From an uncultured Anaerolineales bacterium (GTDB lineage Bacteria; Chloroflexota; Anaerolineae; Anaerolineales; UBA11858): 64,000 nt of DNA. The position numbers and the translations under genes were made by a program. Each line of letters starts with the position of its first letter. Within the stretch, counting starts at the first letter, position 1. The DNA lies in the NCBI GenBank assembly GCA_964458115.1, contig CAYWIC010000001.1, positions 11,984-75,983 of the forward strand, written 5' to 3'. The notes beneath the pieces were generated by a model. It did not search any database. It was not told where the DNA came from and saw only the letters and a program-made list of their open reading frames with translations. Shown piece by piece: positions 60,529-64,000 of the stretch.

Positions 60529-60568
60529 TTTATGTCCAATATTATATGCGTTTTTATGTTTATGTCCA
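60529..60568 (-). promoter_or_regulatory. two TGGACATAAA direct repeats bracketing a TATAAT box
   Basis: Forward-strand TTTATGTCCA at 60529-60538 and 60559-60568. ATTATA (TATAAT on the coding strand) lies at 60541-60546. Confidence 0.35.
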
Positions 60569-60656
60569 GATTAAGGAATAATCAAATTGGGAAATTTTGT
60601 TTATTTAATCGGTAACCTAGATAGACGGCCTTCTGAATCCGTATACTCTTTGCCCC

Positions 60657-61565
60657 CTATTGACTAAGGATACTCGCCAGCACTCGAAGTACGACTGAAA
60701 TTGCGATGATGCATACCGATAAAGCTGCGAGTGTAGTGAATCCCACCATTGCAGCCAGTATCGTTATCGATTTGCGATCTAAGTGGCTTTCTTGTAAGAT
60801 CGGGATCGCCACAGTAATCTCTTGTGGATTTGGCGCGTGCTTGAGCGTTTGCAGCAGGGTAAGCATCTCATCAATCCAAGTTTCGACATTTTGTTGGTTG
60901 ATCTCATTTATGCGCACGCGGCGGATGATCAACTTCAATGCCTCGGGTTGGATAAAAATCTGGCGTAACTCTTGAACCCCACTAACGCGCATCAACGTCC
61001 GGATCGCTTTCCGTCCCGGATCGTCTGCCAGGATTTTGTTCATCCAGTTAGCATCCAGCGCATAGATGCTGAGATGATGGAACAGGGGATCGTTGAGCAC
61101 CAAGCTTTCGTACTCTGTCAGCTCCGCGGAAATTCGTCCCAGCTCACTTTTGAAGACTACTACGGCGCGCGTGTTCAGTGGTGCAGCAATTTGGATTTCT
61201 AGTGTTGGCCCACGCCGGAAATAGATCTTCACCTGATGATGGTTTATCTCGCCGTGATACTGGCGTCCATTTTGCAGGTAAGCAGAACCCTCTAACCCCC
61301 AGGGTTCGAATATGGCATCAAGATGTGCCGCACGTTTACGGATGCCAGAAACACCCCAAATTACAGTTCCGGCAATCCCTGCCAGGATGCCAAGAATCAA
61401 GATCCCCATGAAGATCCCAAAATTGGTATCGCGATCTCCACCCCACAGCGAAATTGCCAACGCGGGGATGAGGAAAAGGCTGAATGCCGCGGCCATGACT
61501 ATGATTTGAAAGGCCAGGCTGCGCCCACAGCCTTCTCCCCAGGTTTTTAACAGTCTCTTTTCCAC
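60657..61565 (-). CDS. hypothetical membrane protein
   Basis: Two N-terminal and one C-terminal TM helices. The start abuts the stop of the upstream M1 peptidase gene. Confidence 0.5.
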   Translation of the reverse strand: MEKRLLKTWGEGCGRSLAFQIIVMAAAFSLFLIPALAISLWGGDRDTNFGIFMGILILGILAGIAGTVIWGVSGIRKRAAHLDAIFEPWGLEGSAYLQNGRQYHGEINHHQVKIYFRRGPTLEIQIAAPLNTRAVVVFKSELGRISAELTEYESLVLNDPLFHHLSIYALDANWMNKILADDPGRKAIRTLMRVSGVQELRQIFIQPEALKLIIRRVRINEINQQNVETWIDEMLTLLQTLKHAPNPQEITVAIPILQESHLDRKSITILAAMVGFTTLAALSVCIIAISVVLRVLASILSQ

Positions 61566-63095
61566 TTATCTCTGAAAATATGTCGTTAGCAACGGAGTCC
61601 AATCCGCATCGGTGTGGCTGGCCAAAATCCTGAAGAAATCGTTTCCGGTGGCAATCTCATTGGCATACGTGGAGGCGTAATCTTGCAAGAAAGCAAAAAA
61701 GGCCTCATTACCAATTAGATTACGGAGGTCATTAAGGAAAATTGCGCCTTGCAGATAGACGGCATCACGGTAGTCTCGGTAGCCTGATGAACTGTAGATG
61801 GTGTGATTAACCCATCCAGAGGGTTGGTAGGGATTCACACGCCGGCCCCACCAGAAATCATCTAACCTGTCGGGATAGTAATATTCGTAGAATAAGTATT
61901 CACTGTATGTGGCCAAAGCTTCGTCCAGCCAGGGTTCCTGGGCCTGGTCGTTAGCGACAACGCCATACCACCACTGGTGAGAAGTTTCGTGTGCAGCAAT
62001 GGCGATCAAGAAGCTCCCAGCGGTTCCATCGTACGAAGAGAAGAACCCCCGGTTGAGGAAATAAAGACTCTGATATTCCATGCCGTGATCGAAATCTGCT
62101 TCCACCATGGTCAGCATAGGATGAGGGTACGGTCCGTAGAGTTCTGAATAGAGTTCGAAGGCATTTACCGTGGCATAGAATGCCTCTTCTCCAGCCTCGA
62201 CATCTGGGTGGAAAACGTAGCCTCGAATTGTGGTCCCATTGACCTGTTCTTCGAAGACGGAATAGTATTGGCTAACTGACCAAACAAAATTGCGACCATT
62301 CTCAATCTGGTATTTATGGGTTTCCCCCTCTCCAGTATCAGGCGCGCCGGCTGCGATGGTCACTGCCTGGGGCAGGTTCTTGAGCGTGATGGTGACATCG
62401 AAATTGGCCACCGGATAGACCAGAAATTCCCCGTAGGCCCACGGGTCTCGAATGATCCAGCCCTGGCCATCGCGATAAGGCGGCACGAAGGGATACCAAT
62501 CAACTAGATTGATCTGGCGGCTGGTATATCCAAAGGGCGTCGGCCCAGCTTGCGATGAGGAATTATTTGGGGGTAGCCAAAGATCATAGTAGATAAACAT
62601 GTTCATGGTCATGCCTGGGTCGAGCGGTTCAGTCAAGGGGATATATAATTGAGAACCCCGCATGTCGTGATCTGTTATCTCCTGGCCATCTTCCCAGGTT
62701 ATGCTCGTTAGGTGGAATGCGTCCTGGTATAGGTTTGGAGGAACAATGAGCATGATCTCATTGAAGGGTGTAGAAGAATTGTTGGGGATGCTGATAAACT
62801 GGGCCACCGTCAGTTTGAGATTTGTATAATCTAATTCAGTGGAGAATACATACTGGAGTTCCGGCGGCGGAGGCGTTGTGGGGGTGGGGCTGTTGGTGGG
62901 GGTTTCCGTGGGAATTGCCGTGGCTGTTGAGGTGGCAGTGCTCTGGACCGCAGCCACGACTTCCGGCGTAGGGCTGAAAACCCGGGTTTGCGTGGCAACG
63001 ATGGGGGTAATTGTCGGTTCCGCCTGAGGTGAACTACAGGCTGTCAGTGTAATTATTGCGAGCGTAATTGCGGTGAAGATGTGCAGGTATTTCAT
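61566..63095 (-). CDS. M1-family (aminopeptidase N-like) zinc metallopeptidase lipoprotein
   Basis: Lipobox ITLTAC, HETSHQWW (HExxH) and WLDEALATY (third zinc ligand). Confidence 0.85.
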   Translation of the reverse strand: MKYLHIFTAITLAIITLTACSSPQAEPTITPIVATQTRVFSPTPEVVAAVQSTATSTATAIPTETPTNSPTPTTPPPPELQYVFSTELDYTNLKLTVAQFISIPNNSSTPFNEIMLIVPPNLYQDAFHLTSITWEDGQEITDHDMRGSQLYIPLTEPLDPGMTMNMFIYYDLWLPPNNSSSQAGPTPFGYTSRQINLVDWYPFVPPYRDGQGWIIRDPWAYGEFLVYPVANFDVTITLKNLPQAVTIAAGAPDTGEGETHKYQIENGRNFVWSVSQYYSVFEEQVNGTTIRGYVFHPDVEAGEEAFYATVNAFELYSELYGPYPHPMLTMVEADFDHGMEYQSLYFLNRGFFSSYDGTAGSFLIAIAAHETSHQWWYGVVANDQAQEPWLDEALATYSEYLFYEYYYPDRLDDFWWGRRVNPYQPSGWVNHTIYSSSGYRDYRDAVYLQGAIFLNDLRNLIGNEAFFAFLQDYASTYANEIATGNDFFRILASHTDADWTPLLTTYFQR

Positions 63096-63202
63096 GGGCG
63101 GAATAATATCATTAATTTTGGCGGTTTTCCCACCAATACAGTATAATCGAACGGAATCTAAAGGAAAAACCTAGGGTCTCTGGGAATTCCCGTAGTGAAC
63201 TC

Positions 63203-63253
63203 CAGATTTGGGGGTATGGGGCGTGAAGAGCACGCCCCATACCCCCAAATCTG
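63203..63253. repeat. long palindromic element (TTTGGGGGTATGGGGCG family), copy 2
   Basis: CAGATTTGGGGGTATGGGGCGTG-AAGAG-CACGCCCCATACCCCCAAATCTG, in a divergent promoter region. Confidence 0.75.
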
Positions 63254-63304
63254 CTAAATTCCACGGCATTTCTAGAGATCCAAATCTGAGGACGTGGATA
63301 CGTA

Positions 63305-63946
63305 ATGAAAATAACTTGGCACGGACATTCTTGTTTCAGACTCTCCTCCCGCGGACTGGCTACGGTGATCACAGACCCTTATGATGAGAAAGTTGTCGGA
63401 TATGGGTCCTTGAATTTGCGTGGGCACATTGTTTCTATCAGCCAGGATGCACCTGCATACAATAATGAAGGGGCGGTCAAATCCAAGCAGCGTGTGATCA
63501 ATGGGCCTGGAGAATACGAGATCGGAAATGTTTTTATTACGGCAGTGCGCACCAACGGTAACAATCGCAAAAAGGACGAACTGCGTAATACGCTCTATGT
63601 GTTCGATTATGAAGGGGTTACTGTTGCCCACCTTGGGAATCTATTTCGGGTTCCCAGCCAATCGCAGGTGGAGGCCTTGGGCACCGTCAATATTGCCCTG
63701 GTCCCTGTCGGAGGTGGTGGGGGTCTCAACGCAGCCAAAGCTGCTGAAGTGATCAGTTTACTGGAGCCGGGAATTGTGATCCCCATGCATTATGGCTCTT
63801 CGCAATGTAAAATCAAGCTTGACCCGCTTAGTAAATTTCTCAAAGAGATGGGCTTGGGAACCATCAAGCCCGTGGAAGAACTCTCTGTGACTCCCTCATC
63901 GGTTCCCACGGAGACCCAGGTTGTGGTGTTAGATTACCAGGTCTAA
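63305..63946 (+). CDS. MBL-fold metal-dependent hydrolase (UPF0173-like)
   Basis: MKITWHGHSCFRL start typical of this family. About 212 aa. Confidence 0.8.
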   Translation: MKITWHGHSCFRLSSRGLATVITDPYDEKVVGYGSLNLRGHIVSISQDAPAYNNEGAVKSKQRVINGPGEYEIGNVFITAVRTNGNNRKKDELRNTLYVFDYEGVTVAHLGNLFRVPSQSQVEALGTVNIALVPVGGGGGLNAAKAAEVISLLEPGIVIPMHYGSSQCKIKLDPLSKFLKEMGLGTIKPVEELSVTPSSVPTETQVVVLDYQV

Positions 63947-63962
63947 CGACTTGAGTGTCATT

Positions 63963-64000
63963 ATGGCTGTCAAACTGTTGATGACATGGAATATCTTGCC
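63963..64000 (+). CDS. possible 5' end of a gene running off the right edge
   Basis: An ATG at 63963 is open to the window end (MAVKLLMTWNIL). No clear ribosome-binding site. Confidence 0.2.
   Translation, partial: MAVKLLMTWNIL

Noticed and set aside
1-64000. Prophage, integrative element or genomic-island boundaries
   Set aside because: There is no integrase, transposase, tRNA attachment site, phage structural gene or long flanking direct repeat. The dispersed palindromes are too short to encode anything.

Overview
This is a 64-kb bacterial chromosomal window with about 55 protein-coding genes. I found no rRNA, tRNA, CRISPR array, transposase or integrase. All calls come from reading the ORF translations and the DNA directly; no homology search was run. 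The gene content suggests a Chloroflexota/Anaerolineae-like organism: a T-box leader, a GT-C/GtrA/GT2 trio and many Pro/Gln/Gly-rich secreted proteins. That placement is inference only. Housekeeping anchors are dnaE, serS (with a Ser T-box leader), ssb, ogt, acs, a deoxynucleoside kinase and an rRNA methyltransferase. Transport and regulation genes are two ABC-2 exporters, two MFS transporters, an MscS channel, a small YtrA-like GntR regulator, a GAF histidine kinase, and one OmpR-type and one NarL-type two-component pair. The first ~32 kb look ordinary. The most interesting signal lies between ~32 and ~58 kb, where five minus-strand transcription units share one promoter architecture. It consists of phased 11-bp direct repeats, ACTTCT(A/G)AACA on the coding strand, then exactly 9 bp including TGn, then a TAnnnT hexamer. 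This is a pho-box-like layout. An OmpR-family regulator and its kinase sit directly downstream of the first unit. The units encode (i) an NBR1-like secreted protein, (ii) a DUF1566 protein plus two arylsulfotransferase-like beta-propellers, (iii) a stand-alone GGDEF cyclase, (iv) a Tat-DUF362 protein plus a membrane polyferredoxin, and (v) a GT-C/GtrA/GT2 glycosylation trio. Three proteins from units (ii) and (v), plus one neighbouring secreted protein, share a ~44-aa four-cysteine module that I cannot assign to a known family (five copies). Other notable items are an FG-GAP-repeat/sortase fusion protein, a 127-bp palindrome built almost entirely of G and C homopolymer runs between acs and a rhodanese gene, and several families of long perfect palindromic intergenic elements.
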